Shown: positions 35,093 through 64,000 of the stretch, in pieces
Layout of the letters: each line of letters starts with the position of its first letter
Numbering within the stretch: the stretch's first letter is position 1
Source of the DNA: Takakia lepidozioides
Lineage: Eukaryota; Plantae; Bryophyta
Assembly (NCBI GenBank): GCA_030704615.1
Contig: CM060731.1
Span: forward strand, 4,960,001 to 5,024,000
Direction of reading: 5' to 3'
Length of the DNA stretch: 64,000 nt
Made by a program: the position numbers and the translations under genes
The notes under the pieces: model-generated
Database searches by the model: none
Told to the model about the DNA's origin: nothing
Seen by the model: only the letters and a program-made list of their open reading frames with translations

Positions 35093-36102
35093 TCGAAGGC
35101 TATGACAGTTTTGGCGATGGCCATCTGTAAACATTGAATGCATAGTATTTTGTGGAACATGTGGTTCTGAAGGATCATATTAGTGGCAACCCAAGTAGCG
35201 CCTTATTTGTTATAAGTTTTCATCAAATGCCCTGGATAAGTGTCAACCCTATCATGAGACAACAAAGAGATCTAAGTGTAGGGAATCTTGCCATAACACC
35301 TATAGACTAAATCCCAAATTTGTCTCACGCAAAGACATGAACAGTGGGGATTAGATCTCCACCTGCCCTGCTGGAGGAGCATAATCAACAAGCAATCTGG
35401 CTCTCATGTCAATCCCATCTTATGCTATAGACTACTCCCACAATGCAATCATCATACAAACAATGAAAAGAGCTCCAACCACTTTCAGCAGAGCATCTTT
35501 TGAAACCCCACCACCGGCAACCACACCAGAGAAAAGCAGCCAAAGTTTAGAAATTGGCCTTCCAAAAGTTACAAATGTACTCGATGGTATACTGGCAAGT
35601 GTCAGATGGCGAGTATTACAAGTATCACAAAGAAATAATAATGAGAAATACATCAGAAACATGTGGTTTGAACAAACTCTGTACTGCAAACTAGAGTGCT
35701 TTTGGCTTTACCATCCAAACCAACATGATTGAAAACCCAGGTGTAATGTGAGCTAGCAACACAAGGCTGTAGAGCATGGTTTGAACAGGATAGCCTGTTT
35801 CAATCCACCCATGATTGGTTCTATGTCTGTTTCCTGCCCTGTTGAATGACAAAACTAAAATATGACATCTCGCAATACGACTTCACAGAGGCACCAACCT
35901 AGCCTAAGCTCTATCAGTGGTTCCAAAAATTTTAGCTCCTTGAAACTGGACTCTACCCAAGGATGGGGAAGACCACAGATCATGAATGTTCACGCCTGCT
36001 GCAGCAAGTGTGAATTATGGTGTCACTTCACCCCGAAGGGCTACTGCCTTCTGTACAAATCATGACAGAGAGTCCTACCTTCTCTTCTGCAACGATGGTA
36101 GG

Positions 36103-54459
<18,357 letters not shown>

Positions 54460-55954
54460 GGCTTCCAACCTTCAAAAGCTGCAACGCAGTAACAATAAGT
54501 ATCAGCTTCTTTCCACCGTTACACCTGATGGAGGAGCAGATCGGGATGGAGAGAAGTTCAGTAGGAATTTGCAAAGAAGAGGTAATACATCCACATGTGA
54601 GCATGATTGTACAAATTATTACTCCAGTATGATTCCCCAGTCAAGTGCCTACACGCAGTTACAAAGTGACCTTTCACACATCTCCCTCAAGAGATCACGT
54701 ATATCTTCTCGAAGTGCTCCAGGAAGACCCTCCGCAATGAAGTGTTTGGAGGTGTGCTGCCACTATACGAAGTCATGTATCCGATATACCACTGCTATAG
54801 GTGTCAACAACAAAATATTGCGTAATAGCGTTCTCAGAAGTGGTGAAGCAATGGGGCAATGAAGGCTTTGTGTGAACCAGTATCAATACTATGTAAGGTA
54901 GGCTTTGGTGTTTGTGAGTGCATGAACTCCATAACGCTGTATCCTCTCTTCAATTCAACCTTTTACAACTCAAGAGTATCATGAGCAAAGCCTTCTCTCT
55001 GTGGATGCCTTCCTGGCAATCCTGGACGCTCATTCCACATCGATCTGATTAACCAGGGTCACTCTCTTTAAACCAGGATTGTCTCTGGAGAGATTCCTGT
55101 AAGTTTTATTTCACCTCACATTTTTTTCATGGTGTAAACGCTCCAGCTGCATGGAACCTGCTCAACCCCTCTAGCAACAGAGTCTGCCGAAACATCGTCC
55201 AACTGTCCAAGACTTTCCAAAAAGACTGCTGTAGCACACTCGTCCAACCTTCCTCTCCTTACGTCCGCTACAACTTCTGCTCACCATGTAACCCGCCACA
55301 TCTCTTCCATTCCAGACCAACCGCTTGCAACTTCCAGTAAACTGCATTCTCCATATCCACAGGTGAAACAAACGAGGAAGCACAAACTAACAGGCGAAAT
55401 GTTTGCAGAGTCTGCAGAGGAAAAGAGCAGCCTGCACAGAGGCAAGCGGTAAACGAAGGGAGGAGGAATGCCTTAATTTTCCCTGCTGCGAATTTTCACG
55501 ATCTCTGTCCGTCACTGAGCTGCATTCCTGTTGCTCCACTGACTGGATTGTGAGCAGCAGCGAATACGTGCCGGAGAATAGTGTAAGAAAAGCTTCCCGC
55601 AAGGAGTGATAGTTGGATCCTTTGACTTGCCGCACCAGCATGGATCACGGATTCCTCCTCAACCGGATCGCTGTTGACCACTCCACCATGGCCGCATCCT
55701 GGGCCGCAACCCCGCAACCTCCACTAATTATAACCTCACCATGTCCCACCCAGCTGACTCGGGGTTCAAATCCTGCTACCTTGTCGGGCGTGGTATTGTC
55801 TATTGTCCAGGTATATAGGGCTGCGCCTGGTATGAAAAGCCAGACTTTTTTTATTTTTTTATTTTTATTTTAACGGAAACGGGACAGAGCCATCCCAATT
55901 GTTTAAACAAGCCAGACTAGACAGCCATCCCAATTGCTTAAATGAGTTGCCCAT

Positions 55955-56180
55955 TTTTTTTTTTTTAATTAAGAGAAAGGGAAAAACCCGGCTGGGAGCG
56001 ACAGCTCACAAATCAGGCCCTTAATTGTAGTGAGAGGAGAAAATAACCTCTTTCACAGTAACCGTGCATGGAGGCGTATAAGTGGGACACCGCCACCACA
56101 CCCGTCAAGTAGCAAGATTTGACCCCAGAGTCATCTGGGTGGCACTCAGTGCACTTAACCAACTGAGCTACTGACTGTTG
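55955..56180 (-). mobile_element. tRNA-derived SINE with poly(A) tail; inverted partial copy at ~55743-55800
   Basis: Minus strand has the A box TAGCTCAGTTGGT, a degenerate B box GGGTCAAATC and an A-run tail (T-run at ~55954-55966). The plus-strand fragment CCACCCAGCTGACTCGGGGTTCAAATCCTGCTAC matches its head. Confidence 0.65.
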
Positions 56181-56209
56181 GTTTTTAAATATGAAAGGGA
56201 GTCGCACAA

Positions 56210-56450
56210 TAGGCTGGCCGGGTGGTAAAACACCCTGTGCATTGACCTGTGGGTTTGGGGCTCGAATCCCTGTAATCTGTCTCTCTCTGCCTTGGGGCTG
56301 GGGCTCTGTCCCTGTTTGCCTTCATGGCCCATATGTAAGAAGCGGTCTCCCTCAAGGCACAGTTGCTTGGTGGTGGGGGGGGGGGGGGGGGGGTCCTTGA
56401 AAACCAAAAAACCACTGTTAATCAAATTTAAAAAGGAAAGGAAAAAATAA
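56210..56450 (+). mobile_element. Possible second tRNA-derived SINE, head-to-head with the previous one
   Basis: TGGCCGGGTGGTAA (A-box-like) and GGCTCGAATCCC (B-box-like) at normal spacing, followed by a G-run and an A-rich end. Confidence 0.4.
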
Positions 56451-57279
56451 ATGCTATGCAATAAGTTCACTTCAGCTTAGTATGGATAACGTTGGTCCAT
56501 CCGAGGACTCTTGGCATCAGTTTATAGTAAATCGAAAAAGGCAGGGTGACCTAAATTTGGTGTGAGAGAAGAGGGAAAAGAATGTTGTGAAGCGGGCGAG
56601 GAGGCGCAGCAGCCTTGGGAGGAGACATGACACAGGGACGCAAAGTTGCTGGCGTTGCTGCACTGGCGAGCATAGGGCCCATGCTGTGCAAGTGGATGGA
56701 TAGTCAATGTGACATCAAATCTGGACGCACCACCTTGACCACTATATTGACAATGGGAGTTCTAAGAACAGTAAATGTGCACAATGAACGCATACAGACT
56801 AAAATATTGGCGACGTTTGAGAGTTCCGAGGGGCGGAACCTTCTGGAATTGTCGTATTTGGCAGACGCACTTGAAGGAGCAGGACAAGTATATCGTGAGC
56901 GTGGACTAGAGCTACCTACCGATACCTCACAATCTCTAACAAAGAGGGAAAGTACGCAGCAAGGGTCTGGAATGCGATGGCTCATTCACGCTTGCAATCA
57001 ATCTAACTTAAGGGGGGTGTACCAGACAGCATGCCCCATGTTCTGATCGTGCAGTGAGACTGTCTTCGGGACAGGTCATGTGCTGCTCTACATACCACAC
57101 AACAGTCCAAATCTTTGACTAGCGCTCTGTCTGCGGGAGACAGTGGGACTCGTCAGTTACTCCTTCTGGTCAGTAAGATATTCACACGCGCTGTTTCAGC
57201 ACGAGCCGATCTGCAGCAAATAATGGGTTCTAATACATAAGTAGCTTGTCAAAAAAAAAGTCTACTGTAACTGCATGTA

Positions 57280-60258
57280 CCGTACGGACCTAGCTTATTA
57301 GGCACTTCCACGCCTAATAATTAATAAAAATGGAATATTATTAGGCAGATTCGTTTTTTGTTTTGTTTTTTTAAAGAGGAACGGAGGCCTCTTAGCTTTA
57401 TATATTAGGACATAGAACGTCCGAGAAGTACAAGAGGAAAAAATAACCTCTACCAGGGTGCCATAAGGCTGACCTAGGAAGACGATGCTTCGTGACCAAG
57501 TTAAGAGAAGGGGGAGAAGAGAGGTCTTAGATCAAGGATAATCCATAGACCAGGAGCCATAAAACAGTAAGACTAGAGCCTAACAGCAGTGCCCCAACCA
57601 TCAAGATGCTTGAAGAGCCCTCCCTCGGTCACTACAAAACTGGGGAGCAGCTGGGCAAGGCCCCAATCATCTCCTTCTATCTACTATGCATTTGCGACAG
57701 GCTAAACCATGAGAATAGCGAGGAAATCCACAGAGAGCCACTCAGCAGACCTGCTGACTAATTTAGGCTACCAAAAGATAGCGCCTTCACTTTGCCCTTC
57801 CTAAGAGATTTACGATGCCTCCAATTGACTTCAGGCTCATCCCCACCAAGGGGGGAGCACATGGAGCTAAGAGAGCTACCACTCCTCCGGGAAGTTGTCA
57901 TTCCATTGAACCCTCAATTCTGACAATCTGGTGCAGATCTTTCCTCGTTTGCCCCAAGATTGATCAAACTCTTGGAGGAGTTTTTTACGCCTCTTGTCCC
58001 CACATCTGGAAAGAGCTGAACCCAACACACCCCAAGCTTTCCGAGCCTCAGTCATGATATCTGAGTGAGTCATAAACAGTACAAACCTTACTGAAAATGG
58101 CTTACCCGAAAAAATCAGATCACATCTAGCCTTCCACACGTTCCACAAAGTGTGAGCCCTGAGGGCAGCCCAAACCGGACATTTGGTCCACAAATGACCT
58201 CCCTGAAAATTTAAAAGCAAAACAAACAAAGCAATGCTCCAGGGATTCTGTATCTCCCAACGAACAAGAGGCGCAGACTGGGGAAGAGTCAAGAAAGCAA
58301 GTTTTCAAATGAAGGATCTGATTCACTAATTTCCAAAGGAATCCTGAAACTTTGGCTGCACGGTCTTTACTCCAAACATCTTTCCAAACACATTTCCAGG
58401 TAGATGGGCAGGATTGCAGGTGTCTCCACTTCGCTGTCCATTTAAGATCCATGGAAACCATCGGATTCAGCATAGAGTAACCCAGCTTTACAGTATAAGC
58501 AAAAAAAAAAAAAACTAAGCCTATCCTTCCACCTCCACTCCCCGGGGTCGAATTGTAACAAGGCCAAAGGAGCCTACAAGAACCACAGGAAGAACGGATT
58601 TGTATGACAACCATTATCAGCGGAAGGATTCGCAACACTTGTGGCCATGCAAATGACCCGAATTGCAAAGCAAGCATCATCTTAGACCAGGGCAGGTCTT
58701 GGAGAGTGAAGAATGCCAGAGTCCAAAACCCGGAAACACCAACCAGATAGCCTGGAATCAGAACGGGATAATAAAGAAGGCTGCTTTAGAAGAACCGTTA
58801 TCAAAGGATAACCAGGCTGGGAGACACCTTCTGTTGGCCGGGAAGGATGCCAAAGAAACCCAAGAAGATGGGAGATTAGCAGTCACCACATCCCAACCAA
58901 CCCTGATTCTTCTACGAGAGATGGAGTCTTCAGCCACCTCCGCATGGATAAGAGAACCATTTTCCCATAAATGGAAAAAACTAGAGATACCCGCCGCATC
59001 CCAAGCAGCCCACTTGGCTTAGCACTTAAGCAAAGTCTTTGACTCTCGATTGCCATTCCCAAACAGCAGTTTTCTGAGCACCTCCTCTGTAATGGTAGGT
59101 TTGGATTGCGTAAGATGACCCCTCACAGAGAACCAAGCCTGCCATAGTGATCTCCAAGCTTGTGAGCCCGAAAGAGGCACGGAGTTTGAGGAGCCTCACT
59201 GCACAACCCATCTCAGGGAAGGAGGCCAAATTGAGGAAGGAGTTGGACGAGCCTTGAGGAGATGATTCCGAGGAGACTCCATGGTGAAAGAGAATGAGTG
59301 AATACCCTTGGGATCCACTTGGCTAGAAGGGCCGCGATCTGCGATTTAGGGTCTATAATACCAAGGCCACCATTACTTTTTTTTTGGGTCAACTGCTTCC
59401 AGCTCACATGCGCTCTACGAGTCTGGCCAGGAGAGGAGGCCCCCCAAATGAAGTTCCGCATCATAGCTTTCATCTTTTTGATGAAGGCCTCTCCTGGCGA
59501 CCAAACTGAAGAGCCAAACCAGCTAGAAGCCAACACAACTTGGTTAACAATAATAGCTTTGCCCACTATAGAGAGGTGCACCGAGCACTAGTAGGCTAGC
59601 TTCTTCAGGCTTAGGTAGGCTAGCTTCTTCTTGAGGCTTGCCAAACTTCAGCACGCAGAGCGTCAAAAAGGTCATGCCCAACCAAATGACCCAAGAGAAC
59701 ATGCGATTGGCCTTCCTGCAACCAAGAAAGACCTTGGGCTTCCCCCCAGGGGGCTGTATGGCCAGCCACCATGGAGTCCTTTATCTTGGATAAACGTTTT
59801 TATTATTTAGGCACCTCACCTAACATTAGGCATGTATTACAGTCGACCCTGGATAAATAATGAACAATTGCTTTTGACCTCCCTCAAAAACTATTGTTGA
59901 GGTAATTTTCTTTTTAAAAAAACATAAGGGTCTTGAAAATAGATATTACCTCAACAATTGTTTTTTACCTCATAAAAGAATGGTTGCAGTGAAGGCTGTA
60001 TGTACTAAACCCTAAACCTTTCCAATTTTTTTTTTTTTTTTTTTTTTTTTCCTATACCTAAACATCTGGACAACCCTACTTCTCTTTGCTTGTGTTTTTC
60101 ACAATTTGGACATTTTGGAGTTCTGCATAATTTTTGAGCAATTAGGCACTTCTCAAGAAAATTTTCCAAGTTTTAGGCACATTTTCCAAAAATGTTCTAA
60201 ATTTAATTAGGTACTTGATTTTGAATTAATTATTGCCTAATAAGCTAGGTCAGTACGG
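57280..60258. mobile_element. Tc1/mariner (pogo-like) non-autonomous TIR element, interrupted by an L1 fragment
   Basis: TIRs CCGTACGGACCTAGCTTATTAGGCA (from 57280) and TGCCTAATAAGCTAGGTCAGTACGG (to 60258) differ by one mismatch and are flanked by TA at 57278-57279 and 60259-60260. Confidence 0.8.
57353..59780 (-). mobile_element. 5'-truncated, degenerate plant L1-type LINE (post-RT region, zf-RVT, A-rich tail)
   Basis: LSIVGKAIIVNQV..RNFIWG..VSWKQLTQKKSNGGLGI and WKDVW..KVSGFLWKL..CASC..ESLEHCF; plus-strand T-rich tail at 57353-57372. Confidence 0.85.
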
Positions 60259-60558
60259 TATATACTGGGGACCTCAACCCAAATGAGATTTGAGTAGGTA
60301 CATGCAGTACCTAATCACAAGCATCTAAATACAGCTGCCTCAAGCAGCGCCCTCTACCTTGTTGATTTCGGACTTAATTTGAGAGCACAGAGACAGAGAC
60401 AGTATAAAGTATAAACTAGTGTTGGGCAAAGGATTGTAACACTTTAACATATACAAATTTAGGATCAATGAAAAGTAACATTTATAAAATTAACTCTTAC
60501 ATGGGGAGCCCTAAAAAAAGTTCACGTTAATAGAACTACGCGAAGGAAAAATTCGTCT

Positions 60559-60810
60559 TCACGACTGATGATCTGCAGGCAGTGAAGGTTGGAGGAAAGA
60601 TTCTATACAAGTCTGATGTGAATGTGACATCCTCAATATTTCTACACCCTTTGCAAATTTCTCTAACCTGTCTACCAAGTGCATAACATATGTCGACCTC
60701 TGCTGCAAGAAATGATGCAATGTTTCAAGAGCAACATGTGCATCTTTAAAACCTACTGGGGTTACACTTCGATCAGAAACTATAGATTCACTCTCTTCTT
60801 CCTCTTTGAT
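60559..60810 (-). pseudogene. C-terminal remnant of a pogo/Tigger-like transposase
   Basis: An acidic patch followed by DAHVALETLHHFL...QTCIESFL resembles the tail of Tigger/pogo-family proteins; short, and judged by eye. Confidence 0.45.
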
Positions 60811-60819
60811 GACAACGAC

Positions 60820-61030
60820 GCAATGGCGTGAGCCTTGCGCGTGAGCACGCGAGCGTACGCTCACGCAAGAGTGACGTGGCGTGAGCGTACGCTCACGCCT
60901 GCTGACGTGGCGTGAGCCTGCACCCACGCTAACATGGCGTGAGCGTCATGTCAGCATGCTGATGTGGTGGCAAATGATGACGTCGCACTGTCCGTCATCT
61001 GCCACGTCAGCATTAACATGCGCCCCTATA
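60820..61030. repeat. GC-rich array of GGCGTGAGC and TGACGTGGC repeats with a 22-bp palindrome; probable transposon subterminal region
   Basis: GGCGTGAGCGTACGCTCACGCC at 60878-60899; TGACGTGGC at 60872 and 60903, with an inverted copy at 61001. Confidence 0.7.
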
Positions 61031-61431
61031 ACCGAGGATGGTCCTATGACCGTGGAATTAATGCAGGGAATCTTGCCTGAATACAATGAAGACTACAATG
61101 AGGCCTACAATTGTAGCATCCAACATTGTGCAATTACAAAGACGAGAAATTATCCTCACAAAGTGTGCGACATAGAGGCTGCCACGGGAAGACCTTCTTC
61201 CCTCCTCAAATAACAATGAGAGTTAGGATCATCTTCAAAAGATGATTGCAGTGCATAGCGACAGCAAGACATGTAGACTTCGAACGGTGCAATGACAAAT
61301 GTGTTTTTAAAAGTTGTCACTCAGAGCTCACTCAGTATAGTTGGAAGCCATATCATTGCACCGCCGACGAATTGATGTGAATTACACATTTCAAATCATG
61401 GTCGTCCACATACCACATTGCATAGTTGATG

Positions 61432-64000
61432 CTACCCATGTGTTGTATCCTGCTGCAATAGAGTATCGACCTCGTTGAAACTCAGAGTGGCCTGGTGAAT
61501 GAAGTTGTCACGTTTGGGATCGCAAACCATCCTCTTCAAAAATATGAAATACAAATGTTTGCAGGGAATGAATTTACCTCTCTTGCCCAAACTGGTTGAT
61601 AGCATATTCACAAAATCAGGACATGTGCAATTGGGGAAATTGGAAACCGTGATGTCGTAGGTCCTGTCATGAACAACAGATGTGGAAGTGATGATTGTGA
61701 ACACCCGACCATATCCTGGATCGGGCACTTCCGTGGTGCTTCCAATATGAGCTTGGAGCATTCTTGCGGACTCCACTTTGTCAAAGTGTTCAGCGGTTGG
61801 AGGGAAACGCCGAAGTTTCCATCTCGTTTGGTTGGCCACAAGTCAGGATTTGCCGGGGGGACCCGAGAGGACGCGGAAGTAGTAGCACATGCATGGAGTT
61901 GGGGTTGTCTCGCAAGGGAAAGGCCTGCCTCCTCCAGCATTTCAATCTCTTAAAATGTGATATGTGTTCCCACCTTCACGGGCCAAACAGTTGGAGGAGA
62001 TGGCTTCATCACTACGGAAGGACGCACAATTCCATGCACACATCTGGCACAATCATCTGCGCAGAACCAGAACTTGTGGTTCTTGGCTTCTGGTTGACCG
62101 TATGGACGCATCAAACCCGTGAAAGTCGGAGCAGGAGTTCGGGCACCACCTCTGGATATATAGTGCACTTCTCAAAATAAGTTGCCCTGATCGCTGTACA
62201 TTTCATACGAGACCCTGCACTTGTACATTCTATGTGCCAAACGTGGTCGGGGCATGCGGACTCAAGCACATCAATGGGGTTGTTTCTCTCCTGCACCATT
62301 TCATAGGGAGTGTTTGATGCTGGAGCCTGCCGTCGTGTAGGAGGTTCCTCCATAATGGAGGTTCCGGACATGGGGCTGTCATGCAGGGGAACACGAGGCT
62401 TCGAGAAGTTATCACGGTCTGCTCTGTGCCAATCGGATTCCGAACCAAGTGGAGTGTTCAATTTCCTCTTACAGGAGCCGAATCTCTCCTCCCCTTCAAG
62501 ATGTGGAACTCTGGAAACAAGTGGCGTTCCCTGGGCATACATGCTCACCGCCTCGTGCTATCTTGATTGGATCCCCAGATCTGTTTGCAGCACGCAACAT
62601 CAACTCCAATTTGTCCTGACCCTTGCCACCAACCCCACCTCGCAAGAAATCATGGTATCAGGTTTGTTGTTGCAAGGCACGTATCAAATCATCTGTTGTT
62701 GCCAAATACAAATCCCGACCTCGTTTCCCAGACTACTGCAACCATGCGTTGTGCACAATTTCTGCCAAATTGCAAGATGGCATGTCCGCCATTTCCTCAA
62801 TGGACATGTTGTGCAAAGTGGAGAACCACACTTCAAAACAGTGAACAGGAAACAACATAAAGAAAGCGAGGAGACAATAAAATGAAAAATAAATGTATGA
62901 ATAAAACAAGAAATATAAGCCTCGTACCACTGCCATGGCTGCTCCCCACTGTCTGTACCGGAAGTGCCAAAACACCAGCCAATCTTCCAATGCTCTCATA
63001 CTCTCAAGTGATGCAGCTCCAGAAGAGAACCACCAGGCACGAATTGTCTGGAACAAAGTGTCCGCCTCCTTCATTGTTCTAGCATCTTTGTACTCTTTGC
63101 ACAATTTACGGTGCTGAGTCTGCATCTCTGGTTTGATGTCCGACTTTGTATGTTTTTCCAGATATTGTGTCCAATGGAATAGACATGTACGCTCTCTTCC
63201 TCGCATTGGCACTTTTGGGTCGCCCGATCCGAAGACAATACGAACAGCATTGAAATTTGCTTGAGCATTATCCGCCATAAAACCTGTGAAATTTGGAAAT
63301 GGCAGCCCATGACACCTATCAAGGAATTCCACATGAGCTTCTGGGATTCCGTATCATCGGATTGCATGTCACAAACTGCAATTGTCATAACTCGTTGGTA
63401 CACTGGATCGTAGACATGACAAGCCATTGTCGTCAAATCCTTCACTCGTTTCACATGATCAAACATAAGAAAACAGTTCTACAAGTCCCCAGTCTTCTGC
63501 ATCCGCTTCACGAGGCTAACCCCACTGCCCTCCCCAATAGTCGACATTTTGAAAAGAAAAACTTTGATGGCACCTTGACCTGGGAATACATTGTCTTGAA
63601 TGTAGTCGTACTTGCTCACTCGTTTCAACTCCAAAATGTTGTCTATGTAGCCTCTGATACCAGAGCCCATTCTTAATGCATTGATCTGATGCCGAATGTT
63701 AGGTGAAGAAATGATCCATGACCAGGTCCAATGCTGCACCGTCAAGTTTAGTCCCCACAAAATCCCTTTCACTCAAAATATGGTTTTCCAAGAAGGACTT
63801 GCTTGCGCCAAGAGCAATTGCAGATGTTGTTGCGAATGGGTTTCTCCTGTACTCATGTTTAATCAACCTCGATACTGTCTCAACACTCTCCCTGTAATCC
63901 CCCTTCAAGACAGGATGGTTATGGAATCCGAAATGCACACAAGCTCTTGTCATTATTTTCAAACGGTGAACAACATAGTACATTCTTGCTCCGCATAGCG
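61432..64000 (-). mobile_element. Degenerate Mutator-like (MULE DDE plus SWIM zinc finger) transposase; continues beyond the window
   Basis: FMADNAQANFNAVRIVF..RTCLFHW (MULE-type D..CxxH) in ORF 62733-63332, and SWIM motif CTCPDF..PCKHLYF in ORF 61432-61839. The coding sequence is split by frameshifts and stops. Confidence 0.75.

Noticed and set aside
55387-55641. Alternative first coding exon of the RLK (MLVRQVKG...)
   Set aside because: Poor signal peptide; the ATG at 54459 gives a canonical signal peptide in phase with the LRR N-cap exon, so this region is probably 5' UTR.
60004-60050. TAAACCCTAAACC telomere-like motif and long T run
   Set aside because: Under two repeat units and inside a transposon; no evidence of a telomeric array.
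57270-60308. Outer 12-bp inverted repeat ACTGCATGTACC/GGTACATGCAGT
   Set aside because: Short, overlaps the real TIR and has no TSD; chance cannot be excluded.

Overview
Eukaryotic nuclear DNA from a land plant, most likely a non-seed plant such as a bryophyte (inferred from spliced GT-AG genes, a PLS-class PPR remnant, an LRR receptor kinase and a SWIM/MULE-type transposase). Three intron-rich genes are present. (1) A very large, mostly low-complexity minus-strand protein with C-terminal IQ motifs (~0.36-16.7 kb; ends uncertain). (2) An 11-exon plus-strand gene (20349-31424, 1349 aa by my splice model) that joins an N-terminal DCD (development and cell death) domain, via a ~700-aa disordered linker, to an intact Trf4/PAPD5/TENT4-like non-canonical poly(A) polymerase. 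This is the most interesting item: a possible modified-base reader fused to an RNA-tailing enzyme. (3) A minus-strand LRR receptor-like kinase (36103-54459) with 1-bp frameshifts in two kinase exons that look like consensus errors. There is one tRNA-Arg(TCG) gene. Introns contain many copies of two non-poly(A) LINE families: family A ends in a hairpin plus (CATTT)n, family B ends in GAGTACA(A/T)T. Several show target-site duplications (TSDs), nesting and composite insertions. Also present are a 145-bp solo LTR carrying a tRNA-like Pol III cassette, tRNA-derived SINEs, a pogo-like TIR element holding an L1 fragment, and a degenerate SWIM/MULE transposase at the right end. All calls come from reading the sequence by eye; no searches were run.
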